Positions 50,132-63,079 of a stretch of 64,000 nt of DNA are shown in pieces; within the stretch, counting starts at the first letter, position 1; each line of letters begins with the position of its first letter. The DNA comes from Octopus vulgaris (taxonomy: Eukaryota): contig OX597827.1 in assembly GCA_951406725.2 (NCBI GenBank), positions 35,154,001 to 35,218,000 of the forward strand, read 5' to 3'. Under the pieces are notes generated by a model. It was given only the letters and a program-made list of their open reading frames with translations. It did no database searches and had not been told where the DNA came from. The position numbers and the translations under genes are program-made.

Positions 50132-50596
50132 GTAAACTGAAAGACTTCAAGGAATTTTCTTATGCGTGCAGCTGGAAAACTTTTGGAGGTATTTTAAAAA
50201 TTACTATTTCCATGTTATTATTTTTCTATTTATATGCATATTCATTTACGTACATGTTTGCGGTGTTGTATAGAGTTAGATGAACGATAGATTTTCCCCT
50301 TGAATGAGACAGCGGCTCATTGTAAGTAACACAAAAGATCTACCGTCTATGACACTTAGGCGGGCAATTAGAGAATATAGAATAGTGTTACACTCTGAAA
50401 CACAACGAAATTCTGGTAGCAGATTTGAAACCCCGACTCCTGCATAGTTACCGGATCTTGATAAATTTCACCAGATCAGTTTTTAAAACTGTAGTGCTGA
50501 TGAAGTTTTGCATGCTGAGGATAAAATCTGCATTGGTGATTTTTTCTGAAAATTAATAATAGATACAAGCAGTTAAAGTTTTTTTTTAAATTTTAG

Positions 50597-50779
50597 CCAA
50601 CCAAAAGTGTCTATTGCCGACATATCAGAACTGTTTGTTGTCATTGAAATCAGACAACGAAGATGAAACATTTACGTGGTCCATTGAGGTGTTAGAAATG
50701 GCAGACAAATCTTTTTTAAGTCACACCATAAAGTGTAAAAATAAAAAGAACGACACATTATATGATGTAGTTCGGGCTA
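50597..50779 (+). CDS. Gene 2 exon F (phase 1 start; donor uncertain)
   Basis: aaattttag acceptor; NQKCLLPTYQNCLLSLKSDNEDETFTWSIEVLEMADKSFLSHTIKCKNKKNDTLYDVVRA. Confidence 0.6.
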
Positions 50780-51037
50780 GTGTATTTTTCATTTATAGAG
50801 TCCTAATGCGTTGTATTATGGTGCTAAATTCACAGCGACACAAAATATGTTTATCATACATAAAAATAAACATAACGCTGAGCACGTGTTTGTAATTAAT
50901 ACATACAACATGTTTATATTTACATATAATATTATATATAGATTAAAATAGACAATGAAAAAGCAAAACGTATGGCATGACTCGAAAAACATTTAATTTA
51001 AAGAGAGAATATAAACATAGTTATGATAAAAAGTTAG

Positions 51038-51127
51038 TCTCTTACAGCTGTTTCTAGAATAATCAAGCATGTGGATCATGATATTGAGTAAAGATACCAT
51101 AAGCTGAGTACCCTGCCGTCAGAGAGA
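51038..51127 (-). ncRNA. Hammerhead motif, CAGCTG helix III, A9G lesion
   Basis: tctct CTGACGG cagggta..tattcta GAAA cagctg TA agaga. Confidence 0.65.
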
Positions 51128-51295
51128 AAGATGACAGAAAATATAGAAATCAAGAATATCCTCAATCAAGGATATCAGTAATTTCCAGTTCGTTGGAAAA
51201 TGAATTAAAAGTTTATGCATTTGATAGTAAAATAGAATAATAAAGCTATTGGTTAGCTAATTATGAATGAAAAACTAATATCCCAACTTCAGAAT

Positions 51296-52295
51296 ACGTG
51301 GACCGATTGAAAAGTTTATAGACTGGGTAAGACGCTTTCATAGAATGTAACTAAATGAGGTTTATTTTTCAACATAGTCTCCCCTGTCATCCATACACTT
51401 CTTCCGTCGGTGTTACAGAGTTCGGATCCCATTGGTGAAGCCTTCATCTTGTTGCTCAAAAAGTCGCAAACAACAAATATGATGTCATCATTGCTGTGAT
51501 AGTGGTTCACGGCCAAATGTTTTTTAATGTTGAAGAACTGATGATAGTCAGATAGGATCAGATGAATAGAATGGGGAAGGTGATCACCAGTTCAAAGTCA
51601 CACTCGCATACAGTATCCATTAAAACCAAGGATCTGAATGCTAGAGCATTGTCCTGGTGAAACAAGACTCTTTTCGTCAGTTTTAGTGGCCGTTTGGTTT
51701 TTGATAGCCTTTTGTAACTGCCTCAGCAAGTTGGCATATTACTCCCCATTGATGATGTGACCCTTTTGAAGATAGTCAATAAACACAATACCTTTTGCAT
51801 CCCCCAAAACTAAAGTCATCACCATCCCTGCATATGAAACAACTTTTGCCTTCTTTGGAGTTGGTGAGGAGAGGTGTTTCAATCGCCAGTCATCCATCAG
51901 CATGTGGTTAATACGATCAATGTTTTCTTCGGTGGTGGTGGCTGCTTGACGTCCAGACTTTAACGTCATCTTCAAAACTCTCCCTTTTCCATCTAAATTC
52001 AGCTGCCCGCTTTTGCACTGTTCACAAAACTGGAGCGCCATCTAATGTAGCATATCCTTTCAGCATGAATGTCCTTGGGGAATCAAACCCTTTTTTGCAA
52101 GTACTTGATAAGACTACGATGCCAAATTTTGTCCATTTTCAAGGGACGTTACTAGTAGCTACATTTGTAGTCTTCTTTGTACAGTCGGATATCAGTTTAC
52201 CTGGGATGAAACAATGCAGTTATTAATAAGAAGTGATGAAATTAATGCCGGCAAGATTTCACAGCTCTAGGATCACTCCTTTATAGTCAGCCTAA
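51296..52295 (-). mobile_element. mariner remnant, same family as 34302-35532
   Basis: KSGRQAATTTEENIDRINHMLMDDWRL / PTPKKAKVVSYAGMVM..DAKGIVFIDYL. Confidence 0.85.
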
Positions 52296-52718
52296 TAATC
52301 TTGTTTGTGTGTGTGTGTGTGTGCGTTCCTTTTGCGCTCGTGGATATATGTTACGTTGGTTGCATGCCTATCTATAAATGTTTACTTATTGTGTACGTGA
52401 GTATGTGTTGTGAATGTGAGTGTAATGGTACGCACGTGTGCGTGCATGTGTGTGTATGCGTGTGTGTGGTATGTGCTTTTTGTGCACGCATGTATATGTG
52501 CGTAAAAATTGTATGCGTATGTGTGAATGTGTCTCTGTGTGCAAGTACGCGTGTGTATTTGTGTTTGTAAATATATGTATTTGTTTGCGATTCTTAAAAT
52601 AAGAATAGCAGGGTTCAATGCGAAATGCTTTGCATTATGCAAATGAGATGCTAAGAGAAAAAAATTCCTGCTTGTCTATATGTCTGTCTCCCTACTTCCA
52701 TCTCTCTCTGTATTTCAG

Positions 52719-52834
52719 TTGCGAAAAGTGTGCGATTGCAGGTTGTATTGTGTCCTGAACTGGTTTGCTGTAGACACAATACATGCGTAGCTTTGATTGG
52801 TTTTTTAATGTTCATTATTACTGTTGTACTATAA
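52719..52834 (+). CDS. Gene 2 terminal exon G (phase 1), hydrophobic C-terminus
   Basis: ctctgtatttcag acceptor; AKSVRLQVVLCPELVCCRHNTCVALIGFLMFIITVVL*. Confidence 0.6.
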
Positions 52835-53243
52835 GTAATATTACATGTGAAGCAATTTTGTGAACCTTCACATAACACAAAACCATCCTTATGTACAAAT
52901 AATGTCTATCAATCACAGAAAGAAATCAACAAACGCAAATTATGATTTGAATATAACTTTATTTATTACATTTTTTGCGTGTACGCCTGGCTGAACCATA
53001 AACAATATTTACTTCATTATAGGATGGCAAATACATTCTATGAACATAAATATTAATGTTAATAGGAATATGATAAATTCATAATAGAAAGTACATGAAT
53101 ATATGAACATCTCTCGACCTTTAGACATAAATTCAAAATATTAGAGTTGAATACATGGAAATTTTAGATATAATCTCTTCTCTCCCTCACACTCTGTCCC
53201 TCTGTCCCGCTCTCTATCTATCAACACACACACACACACACCT

Positions 53244-53275
<32 letters not shown>

Positions 53276-53585
53276 GCACACACATATCAAAACACGACAC
53301 GTGTAATATGGAATTAGGATATACAAAATATTTCCAGCTTTCTGTTCTGATATGTAATTACTCTGCCAATAGAATTCACTAGAAATTTAAATTACTATGT
53401 GTATCTTATTCAAAATAAAACATTTATATACATATATTTGATTACTGCAAATATGCAGATGTGCTTCACGAGGACACAACTTGAAGTAAAACCTTTTATA
53501 TATACTATTATATATATACATATATATGTGTGTGTTTGTGTATATTTATATATATATATGTATATGCATACATACACACACACAT

Positions 53586-53624
<39 letters not shown>

Positions 53625-53664
53625 AATGAGTAGAGATGGTTTTTGGGAGATAAATTTTATTTTA

Positions 53665-54035
53665 ATAATCATGTTTGCTTGCTTTGGTCCTTGATGAGAT
53701 CTCCAGTACTTGATTTCAGAGGGGCTGACTTGGTTGCGGATAGACCGAGGGCCTTCTTCAAACCAGCATACATCCCACGGATGTCGCCACTGTCAGCAGC
53801 TGAATGGATACTCTGACAGATTTCCTGCAAATATCTATTTGCACAGCGTCTGGCAGTCAATTGGGTTTTATTTCTTGCCTTTCTGAGTTCTTCGAGTGAC
53901 TTTGTAGAAGAATCACTCTTGTATTGCATCAGAGATGCACGCTTTGCTTCGATAACTGGTTCCAGCTCTGAGAGCCCAGCACTGAATCAATCTGGGTTTT
54001 GCCTTTCTCTCATGCCGAAAGTATCTATTGATGTT
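53665..54035 (-). mobile_element. RTE-clade LINE fragment
   Basis: ARNKTQLTARRCANRYLQEICQSIHSAADSGDIRGMYAGLKKALG..APLKSSTGDLI. Confidence 0.75.
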
Positions 54036-54099
54036 TACAGTGAGTGATTCTGGTATGAATTTCAAGTTTCAAATTGCCGTTTTCAAACTGAAAAATATA

Positions 54100-55720
54100 T
54101 GTTTTACTGGTTGATTAAATAGCAAAGAATTTTTTTCTTAAAGTATGCACACAAAAACCAGTAACTTCCATGGATTACCCAAGATCCACAAATCAAAAGA
54201 AATCCAAGACAACATAAAAGGAAATAATTCAACAAATGGCGAAATTCCGAAACTCAGAGACCTGAACCTACACCTAATCATTGCAAGACCAGCATCCAGC
54301 ACACAACGCTTAAGCAACTTAATACATATAGTTCTATAACCTTTATGCAAAATGATACCAAGCTTTGTCCGGGACGATATGGACTTTTTAAACTACATAC
54401 CTAAAAGTGTCCACCAAGAGAAATTCTTGTTAGTATTGATGTAAAACTAGTCTAAACACCAATATCGCACACGACCTAGGAATCGAAGCTATAAATTTCT
54501 GGTTAACAAAGCATCCGAATCATATCATGGAAAGATAGTCAAAAACCTTCATTTTAGAATGATGAAAATAAATATTAGAAAATAATCACTTCTTCGACAA
54601 CAATTTCTACTTACGAATAAAAGGAACAGCGATGGGAACAAAAGTATTCCCTGACCAAAAACCAAGAAGACTTAGGAATCTTTCACTCGCTTTTAAATAA
54701 TTTATATACCTCAATAAAATTCACCATGGAACAACACACAAAGGAATTACCATTTTCAGATATACCTTTAATTAAAGAAGATAACACCATAAAAATAGGT
54801 CTATTCTACAAACCTACAGACACACGCCAATATTTGAACTTTCATTCCTCCAATCTCTCACATGCCAAAAGAAACATACCCTTTAATATAGCAAAACAGT
54901 TTTTCACTCAAGTAATAGATGAAGAACTAAGGGTTAAAAGATTGCAAGAATTCAAAATATTTCTAAAAGAACAAAAGTATCCCACTAGATTAATTGACAC
55001 AGCAATCACCAAAGTAAAAACATCCCAACTACAGACCTCAGAGGAACACACACAAAAATAAAAAATGAACTCATTAGTTTTTCTTTTGTCATCACCCAGA
55101 ACTTAAGAAATCACATCACCAATACTTCAAAATGATACCACCCAGTTCTTCAACAATCATCAAAAATGACCAAACTAATAACAAATAATTTACAGTAGAC
55201 GTCAAACACCAAACCTAAAAAGCTTTTAACTCAAGACAGATTTACAACTAAAGAAACAACAAAGAGAGTTTAAAAATATGGTGACCGTCGTTGTGGAACA
55301 TGTGATTACATTGAAGAAGGAAGACAAGCAACAACATTTTAAAAATAAACGTAAATATGAATTGCAAATTCAGAAACCTAATTTACATGTCTCGAATGTA
55401 AAAAATACTACATTGGTGAAACGGTCATTCGACTATGTGAGAGTAAGGGTACATAAGTAACAAATCCATGATTCCTGTGTTGAAACACAACTTGCAGTGT
55501 ACACTTCCAAAAATGTGAGAAAAGAAAATTCAAAATATTTCCCTTCTTCAAACTGTGGACAGAAAATGAACATTTCTGTAAGGCCTAAGAAAAATACTTT
55601 ATTCGAAAATACCAACCAAAATCGAACAAAAATAATGCCAAAACCACCGGAACTACCATCCCAATAATCCACAGAAAGACAGCAACCAAACATTGCCTGA
55701 ATAATAAAATCTACATTTGA
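54100..55720 (+). mobile_element. Penelope-like element RT plus GIY-YIG, decayed
   Basis: FHGLPKIHK, IKGTAMGT, FTMEQHTKELPFSDI, YKPTDTRQYLNFHS, YIGET. Confidence 0.9.
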
Positions 55721-55787
55721 GTATATACTTTTGTATGTACTATTTTATGCACCTAAAAAGTTATATATATATATATATATATATATA

Positions 55788-55906
55788 CGAGAAAGAAGCA
55801 ACAAGAATGGATTGGTTTTTAGTACAATTGTTTCATACAAGGACAGGCTTTATTACAAGTTGCAAAAATTGCAGCAGATAAATCCATTCTTGTTGCTTCT
55901 TTCTCG
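55788..55906. repeat. 26-bp perfect inverted repeat enclosing a hammerhead 3' half
   Basis: cgagaaagaagcaacaagaatggatt / aatccattcttgttgcttctttctcg; minus strand GAAA caattg TA at ~55823-55834. Confidence 0.75.
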
Positions 55907-56023
55907 TTTATAATCACCCCACATTACTGTATGGATAACACCATATAGTTTTTCTGGTGCATCTAAGTTAAGTACCACATTCAAGTAAATTCATTGGAAG
56001 TTACTTGAATCTTAATTGCTTTG

Positions 56024-56061
<38 letters not shown>

Positions 56062-56114
56062 TTTCTCCCTTTGCTCTTTCTCCACCTCTCTCTCTTTCTC
56101 TCTCTTTCAATGTT

Positions 56115-56189
<75 letters not shown>

Positions 56190-56266
56190 ATGTATGTTTA
56201 TGTATATACATACATGTATATACCTATACATGTATGGAAGTGTTCGCTGCAAGTTGTGTTTCTTCT

Positions 56267-56347
<81 letters not shown>

Positions 56348-56452
56348 CATACATACACATATATATATATATATATATGTACATTATTCTGTAATGAGTA
56401 TATAAGGCATAAATTTAGGAGGTATAATTTATTTAACTACATGCTTCCAAAG

Positions 56453-56607
56453 AATTACGGCCGTTTCGCAACCTTCTTCATATAGTATTAATTTCTGTAT
56501 GCAAGAAATTGTATGTACATATTTGCATTAATATGTATGGCGGCATTACATAATGTAATCATATAGTCACAAATTAATGCAAAGAAAGAAAGTTAACTCA
56601 TTAGATA
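56453..56607 (-). ncRNA. Eroded hammerhead motif, CGGCCG helix III
   Basis: at CTAATGA gttaactttctt..aagaaggttgc GAAA cggccg TA att. Confidence 0.5.
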
Positions 56608-57162
56608 ACCATAATATCACGGTTACATCAACAGTCTAAGTGTACACTCTTTATATTTACTATGTCTGCAAGGTAGCAAATGATCAGTAAATGGTAAAAA
56701 ACAGGGCAAAGACTGTAGTGCTATTCATAATAGAAAAAAATATCAATTCACATATGATTGCCTTCAGATCAATTAAGTTAAAGTGCCAGATTGAAAATTA
56801 AGGTATTTACAAGAAAAATTCAAATTCATATTATTTGAATTTTTCTTGTTATATATCACATTTAAACACAAACATTTTTATTCTGATGTTTAATCTATCT
56901 TATATCTTACATACTGTATTTGACATATACTTGATTTTACATAATTGTTATACGTACTAATTCATATTTATATTGTATAATTTATAAATTTTAATTCTTA
57001 ATATTACAAAGTAGAATTTTTATTCTTAATTTTTAAGTTGTAATTTTTAATCTTTAATGCTGAATTGTATTGCTTATTTTTAAAGGGGTGTAAAATTAGA
57101 TATATAGTATTTTAAAATAGAACCTGAAGATGTGTTGGAATAATTGTAAATCTGACGATTGC

Positions 57163-57197
<35 letters not shown>

Positions 57198-57688
57198 TGT
57201 ATGTATGTATGTATGTATGTATATGGGTATACAGTGGTGTATATGTGTAAATATATTGTAATCTTCCAATACTGAAACTGGTGTAGTTCCTTCATATTTA
57301 ATAAATAAAAGTATTAACTAAAATATGATATACCCAGCTGGAAATTTTGGTTATATCCTTTAAGTATTATTTCGTGATGTGCAAACTGATACCATGAGTT
57401 TACTGTAAGATATACTCATTAGGTTATTTTTGTATTATCTGAAATAGAATACTCGCATATCGATTAATCCCAAAAAATTGAATATTGACTTTTATCAGAT
57501 ACTTTGTATATTTATAGATAAATGTATAAATGTACGATAAATAGGACCCCAAAGTACGATATGTAGATGCATATAACGCTGTAGGATTACACCTGATTGA
57601 TTTGGAAATTTGTTTTCCCAAATTATTTATATATATTTATATATATATATATATAATTAAAATAAGCAACAAGTATATCCAGAGGTAA

Positions 57689-57775
57689 TGCAGTACGATC
57701 GTTTCATGCAGCTCCATTTAATTTAACAATGCAACCATTACATCAATTTAAAATGCAGAGCAATCCTCAGCTGCA
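57689..57775 (-). ncRNA. Intact type-I hammerhead ribozyme motif, CGATCG helix III
   Basis: tgcag CTGAGGA ttgc..gcat GAAA cgatcg TA ctgca. Confidence 0.85.
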
Positions 57776-58263
57776 CAAATACATAGAATTTAATTAAATT
57801 ACAACAAATGGACACATTTGTATAATTATACCTAAAATCTCCAAGAAGTTAAGGAGATAGACAAAGAACACTCCGCTGTCGTTATTTGATTGCTGTTATT
57901 CTATGCGTCTGTATGTGAAGATTACTTGCGTTTTGCAGGGTTGCTTTATTTTTACCCTTAACTTAGAAATAGAGAAAGACATAGTGCTAGATATAAAAAT
58001 AAGCCATTTGTGGTTAGAAATAAAGTGGAAAAACGTGAAATTTTTCGAGCAGGCATGTGTCTTATGTGAAATCTGTGATGAGCCCGAGTGATGTTGATGA
58101 CTTGGAGTCACCTCTGATTATATATCTTTAAATTAGCATAGAACTCGTTATAAATGACGGGATATAGTTTTATTCTTTACTGTTGACACCACGTACCTTA
58201 AACTGTATTTTTTTAATAAAATGTATCTCTTATTTTTCTTGATTTACTTTTATTTCTTTGCAG

Positions 58264-58529
58264 TTCATGTTTGGTTATTGTCAATCGCAACAGAAAAAGT
58301 TCCTAAAATCTTGACCATAATGCCTGTGAACAATAACGCAGTGAAAACAGGAAATATAAGCATTCAGATTCCATCGAATATAATTCAGCCAAATTCAATT
58401 AGAATTGGTTACACAGATATATTTATATTACCATTTATTGATTGCATAGACGCTAAATCAATAGACGTGAAAAACTCTGGGCGAAGGAATTATAGCCTAA
58501 TCAATGTAAATCAACTATCTTTTATCTAA
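58264..58529 (+). CDS. Candidate exon (phase 1) of unknown product
   Basis: Strong pyrimidine tract + ttgcag; open frame HVWLLSIATEKVPKILTIMPVNNNAVKTGNISIQIP..; donor after 58505 or stop at 58529. Confidence 0.45.
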
Positions 58530-58699
58530 TATTCATTTAGTTGTTGATTTTAAAAAATTTCCACTGAAGTTTTGTTTTATTTGCGCTGATGTGAAAAGAC
58601 AAAGGAGGTAGTTATTGATTTACATATGAATGTTAAGTTCATATCCAGTGATACGTTTCTAAGGGAGATGTTTTATACGGCATAGTTAATCAAAAGAAG

Positions 58700-59350
58700 A
58701 GCATAGGATGACTGTGTCGTAGATGTGGTGGAACTGAGAGATTCTCTTGGCAACCACTTCGAGTTGACCAATAAATTTCTTATAGGAATTTGGTAGATAT
58801 GAGATATGTGGAAGCCTTCAGTCCGCCCTCTCTCTTCGCGCTCTCCCCACTCTCAACTGTATCCTCTTTCCATTCCATTTCCACTCCTCTACTCTATCCT
58901 CTCACCGGAAAATTCTACTTGCTACCTCCTACATTTTCCCACACCTCCCGTCCTCTATATGCACCTGAAACCTATGCAACTTACTAATCTGTAGTTCTCC
59001 TCCCTCTCATAATCCCATCCACCCTGGATCCTCATTTGCTCCAGACATTGTTACCACACGTGTCCGTTGCTCACCACCTTCTTTACGGTGAACACATCTT
59101 TTACTATTTCTCTTTTACCTCCACCAACATCTTCTATTGTATTAAATGCTCTCTTTACGGGGCCTTATATATTAGCCAAACCAGTCGTCGTTTAGTAGAC
59201 CGATTAACCGAGCACTTAAGAGACATCCGTCTCCAGAAACAAACTCCCGTTTCTCATCATTTCCCTTCGGCGAACCACTCCATACAAAGACATAGACTGC
59301 TCTCTTGATCTTGCGTAACGGATCCGCAATGTTATTTTGCCACTATAACA
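58700..59350 (+). mobile_element. Penelope-like GIY-YIG endonuclease fragment
   Basis: STNIFYCIKCSLYGALYISQTSRRLVDRLTEHLRDI..PVSHHF. Confidence 0.85.
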
Positions 59351-59536
59351 TGGCTGTTCTATAAAGAACTATATTACTAGAATTTAACCTCAGGAAAACG
59401 TCTTTTCCAGCTGGTTAACCACACACAACCTATGTCCGATACAGTGTCAGTTGTTATAGTGACAAAAAAATGTTACCGTCTAATTTTGTTACTACTTATA
59501 TCTCATTTAGAGATTTTAGAACTAGCTATGTTGTGC

Positions 59537-59585
<49 letters not shown>

Positions 59586-59680
59586 ATCCAAACAAGTAAG
59601 CACAAAAAAAACACAACAACCCGAGGACGTGGAACAAATATAGTATTATTGGACGCTCAGGAAAGAAGGAAAGAAGGAGG

Positions 59681-59715
59681 GTTTAACGTTTCAAGCAGAG
59701 CTCTTCGTCGGAAAC
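59681..59715 (-). ncRNA. Ultra-minimal hammerhead motif (U4C, AACGTT palindrome)
   Basis: gttt CCGACGA a gagc tct gctt GAAA cg TT aaac. Confidence 0.6.
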
Positions 59716-59780
59716 ATAGGACAAGGAAAGATCCAGAGAAGGGAAGACAGAGGGAAAAATCGCCAACGGTACACACGAGG

Positions 59781-59822
<42 letters not shown>

Positions 59823-59841
59823 GTATATATATATGTATATA

Positions 59842-59890
<49 letters not shown>

Positions 59891-60479
59891 GTATGTATAT
59901 GTGTATGTATGTATGTATGTATGTATGTATATATGTATTAGCAAACACACCCGTCCTTTAGACGGTTTAAGTTGCTTTGGTGGTATTTTTTCACCAAATA
60001 ATTGAACCATAGAGAAAGTTTATGAGTAGCACGGCAGTCTATATTTCCGATTAACCTAGGAACGGAAAACCAAATTGAATGCTGGTTATTGAGGAGGTCG
60101 TTGCACTTTAACGATCATAGAGCATATAAGTTGGCAAGCGATGCAAAGTAGTGTTTTGGGAGTAGATCATGGATAATGATAACAAAATATTGTTGTTTTA
60201 CATGAAAGCGAAATTTCTTGTGATTGTTTAAAAAAGACAAGGACAACACTGCATAAACGTATTTGAAACAATGGACAACAGTCGAAATATCATAATGGAT
60301 GGGTAAATAAGCATCCTGAAAGTGAAACAACGCATTGGTAGGTAAAAAGGTATCAACAAATAGAAGAGCGGGAAGGGAATATCACCTTTCAAGTAACTCA
60401 GAATAGGTAAAGGTAAGCTTGCCGAAGTTTAATGCAGTTTAAATATGGAGATTAAGATTGTTTGGTATTGGATATTTAT

Positions 60480-61184
60480 CTCGTACAGTGTTCCCAATCA
60501 ATTTAATCGCCGTCGCAGGTGGATAGTCGAAATAAATAAATAGTGAAAATCCTTTCACTTTTATTATGTTCTCTCACGAAAACACTCGAATAATACACAC
60601 CAATACACATATAAAAAATATATAGAAAGTAATAATACACGGTTACTACATATAAATAAATGATAAATCAAAAAAATATGAAAACAACTTGAAATATTCT
60701 GTAATGCAAATATACGACCATATACATTAAAAAAAGTATGGAAAACAGTCGGAATAAATAAATAGACAAAATCCTTTCACTTTTATAATATTCACTAACG
60801 AAAACACTCAATACACACCAATACACATATTAAAAAAAATAGAGAAGTGATAATACACAGTTACAACATATAAATAAACAATACATAAAAAAATGTGAAA
60901 ACCACAAAAAATATTCTCTAATATGCGACGATATAGATTTAAAAAGTGTCGAAGACGTTACATACAAAAAAACTGTACATACAACGAATTAAAGAAAAAC
61001 CTGTGTAAACCACCGCTTTCCCGGTTCGTCCATTTGCGCGAGAGCTCTGGGCAAAATGTTATAGTGCATGACCATCCTAGGGACATAAGTAATGTGTGTG
61101 TAAAGTTTGGTGAATATCGGTTGAGAATTGTGGAAATGTATGCGTTAGTCAATACACACATACTATGATTTATATATACTAGAT
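60480..61184 (-). mobile_element. Probable Helitron-type element with internal ~230-bp tandem duplication
   Basis: Minus 5' end TCtagtatatataaatc; ~60527-60737 repeated at ~60750-60950. Confidence 0.5.
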
Positions 61185-61890
61185 AAATTTTATTTGTATA
61201 GATCTCTAATTTTTTTCAATTATATATGTGTGTGTGTGTGTTTGTCCTCCAGCCATCGCTTGGCAACCGATGCTGGTGTGTTTAGGTCCCCGTAAGGTAG
61301 CGGTTCGGCAAACGGCACCTATAGAATAAGTACTAGGCTTACAAAGAATAAGTCCAGGCGTCGGTTTCTTCGACTAAAGGCAGTGCTTTTGCATGGCCGC
61401 AGTCAAATGACTGAAACAAGTAAAAGAAATAAAAGATACATACAGAACATACATTTATACGTATACACAACATATATTTACAAGCACAAACACACACACA
61501 TACACGCACATATGCATAAGCACATATATACAAGAGCACAAGCATATATCCTTTCACATGCGCTAACACTGACGAACACACACATTACATTCTTTCTGAT
61601 CATTTGTGGTGCCCCAGCATGGCCACGGCCTTCGGGCTAAAACATTTTTAAGGATTTAAGGATAGACACTTGACGTAGCCTCTTCCAGTTTGTAATTCGT
61701 CAGAGAGCACTCCTCACTGAATGTATACCCCGATTAAAATGTAGCCTGTGTAGTGTCGTGCGTATCAAGTAAACGCATTCACACGCACGCATGCACACAC
61801 GTACATTTACACATATATAATATGTATATGAATGTATACGTGTGCGCTCGTGCACAAATGTATGTTTGTTTTTTATTCTATATTTTGAAA

Positions 61891-63079
61891 CCAGGGATTG
61901 CTGCAACTTTGCTATCTGGCGGCAGAACTGCACACTCCACCTTTAAGTTGCCCCTCAATTTAAATAAATCAGAAACACCTACCTGTAATTTAAGCAAGAA
62001 CTCTGACCAGGGCCAGGTGCTGAAACACTGTCAGCTTATTGTGTGGGACGAGTGTACTATGGCCCACAAGGGAGCCTTCGACGCATTATACAGAACCCTT
62101 CAGGATATCAGGGGTTGCGAAGCCCCCATGGGAGGTGTTATGCTTTTGCTTTCAGGTGACTTTTGGCAAACTCTTCCTGTTATCCCCAATGGCACGCGGG
62201 CAGATGAGGTTCAAGCATGCCTTAAGTCGTCTCCGCTCTGGCGTCATGTCAGGTCACTGACCCTGACAATCAACATGAGGGCTCGATTGCTCGGCGACCA
62301 AACGTCGGCTAACTTCGCAAGTGACATTCTGAAACTTGGCGACGGTAAAGTGCCTCTTGACGCTGATAGGGAACTGGACGTCCACCCGTTCGCAACTTCC
62401 GTTTCATCTTTGACCGAACTCGCTGATAAAGTGTTTCCCCATTTAAAAGATAATTATCATGAATGGCTGTCTGAAGGCGCAGTGCTGGCTCCGAAAAACG
62501 TGACCGTTACAAAATTCAACGATCACTTCCCGGTGCTCCTTTGCATAGAAATCAGTAGATACGATGTTAGATGCGAATGAATCGGTGAATTTCCCAACGG
62601 AGTTCCTCAACACTTTTGACTCTTCAAGCCTATCGCCACATCTGCTCCGCCTTAAAGTTAGAACTCCGGTTATGCTCCTGCGCAATTTGGAGCCCCCCAT
62701 ACTGTGCAGCGGAACACGTCTGATTGTAAAAAAATTGATGAAGTATGTTGTCGAGTCAACTATCCTATCCGGATGCAGAAAAGGTGAGGATGTATTCATT
62801 CCCATGATTCCCCTTACTCTCTCGGGAACAGACATACCTTTCAACTTCAGAAGACTGCAATTCCCGCTCCGGCCCAGCTTCGCCATGTCTGTCAACAAGT
62901 CCCAGGGCCAGACTCTTTCTGTGGCTGGACTTCTCTTGGAAGAGCCTTGCTTTTCCCACGGCCAGCTCTACGTTGCATGCTCCAGAGTCGGCAGCAGAGA
63001 CAGACTGTTTGCATTAACACGTTGGGGGAAGACAGGAAACATTTTCTACAACGAAGTGCTACGTATTTGCCAAGGCTGA
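61891..63079 (+). mobile_element. Helitron PIF1-family helicase domain, 5'-truncated, one frameshift
   Basis: GIAATLLSGGRTAHSTFKLP, IVWDECTM, SGDFWQTLPV, LTINMR, FAMSVNKSQGQTL, HGQLYVACSRV; Walker A absent; frame change near 62530-62565. Confidence 0.92.

Noticed and set aside
60527-60950. CRISPR-like or satellite array
   Set aside because: Only two diverged ~230-bp units inside a probable TE; no repeat-spacer structure.
61753-63079. Cellular PIF1 gene
   Set aside because: Helitron-type sequence, no Walker A, frameshifted, and the ORF's N-terminus is microsatellite-derived.
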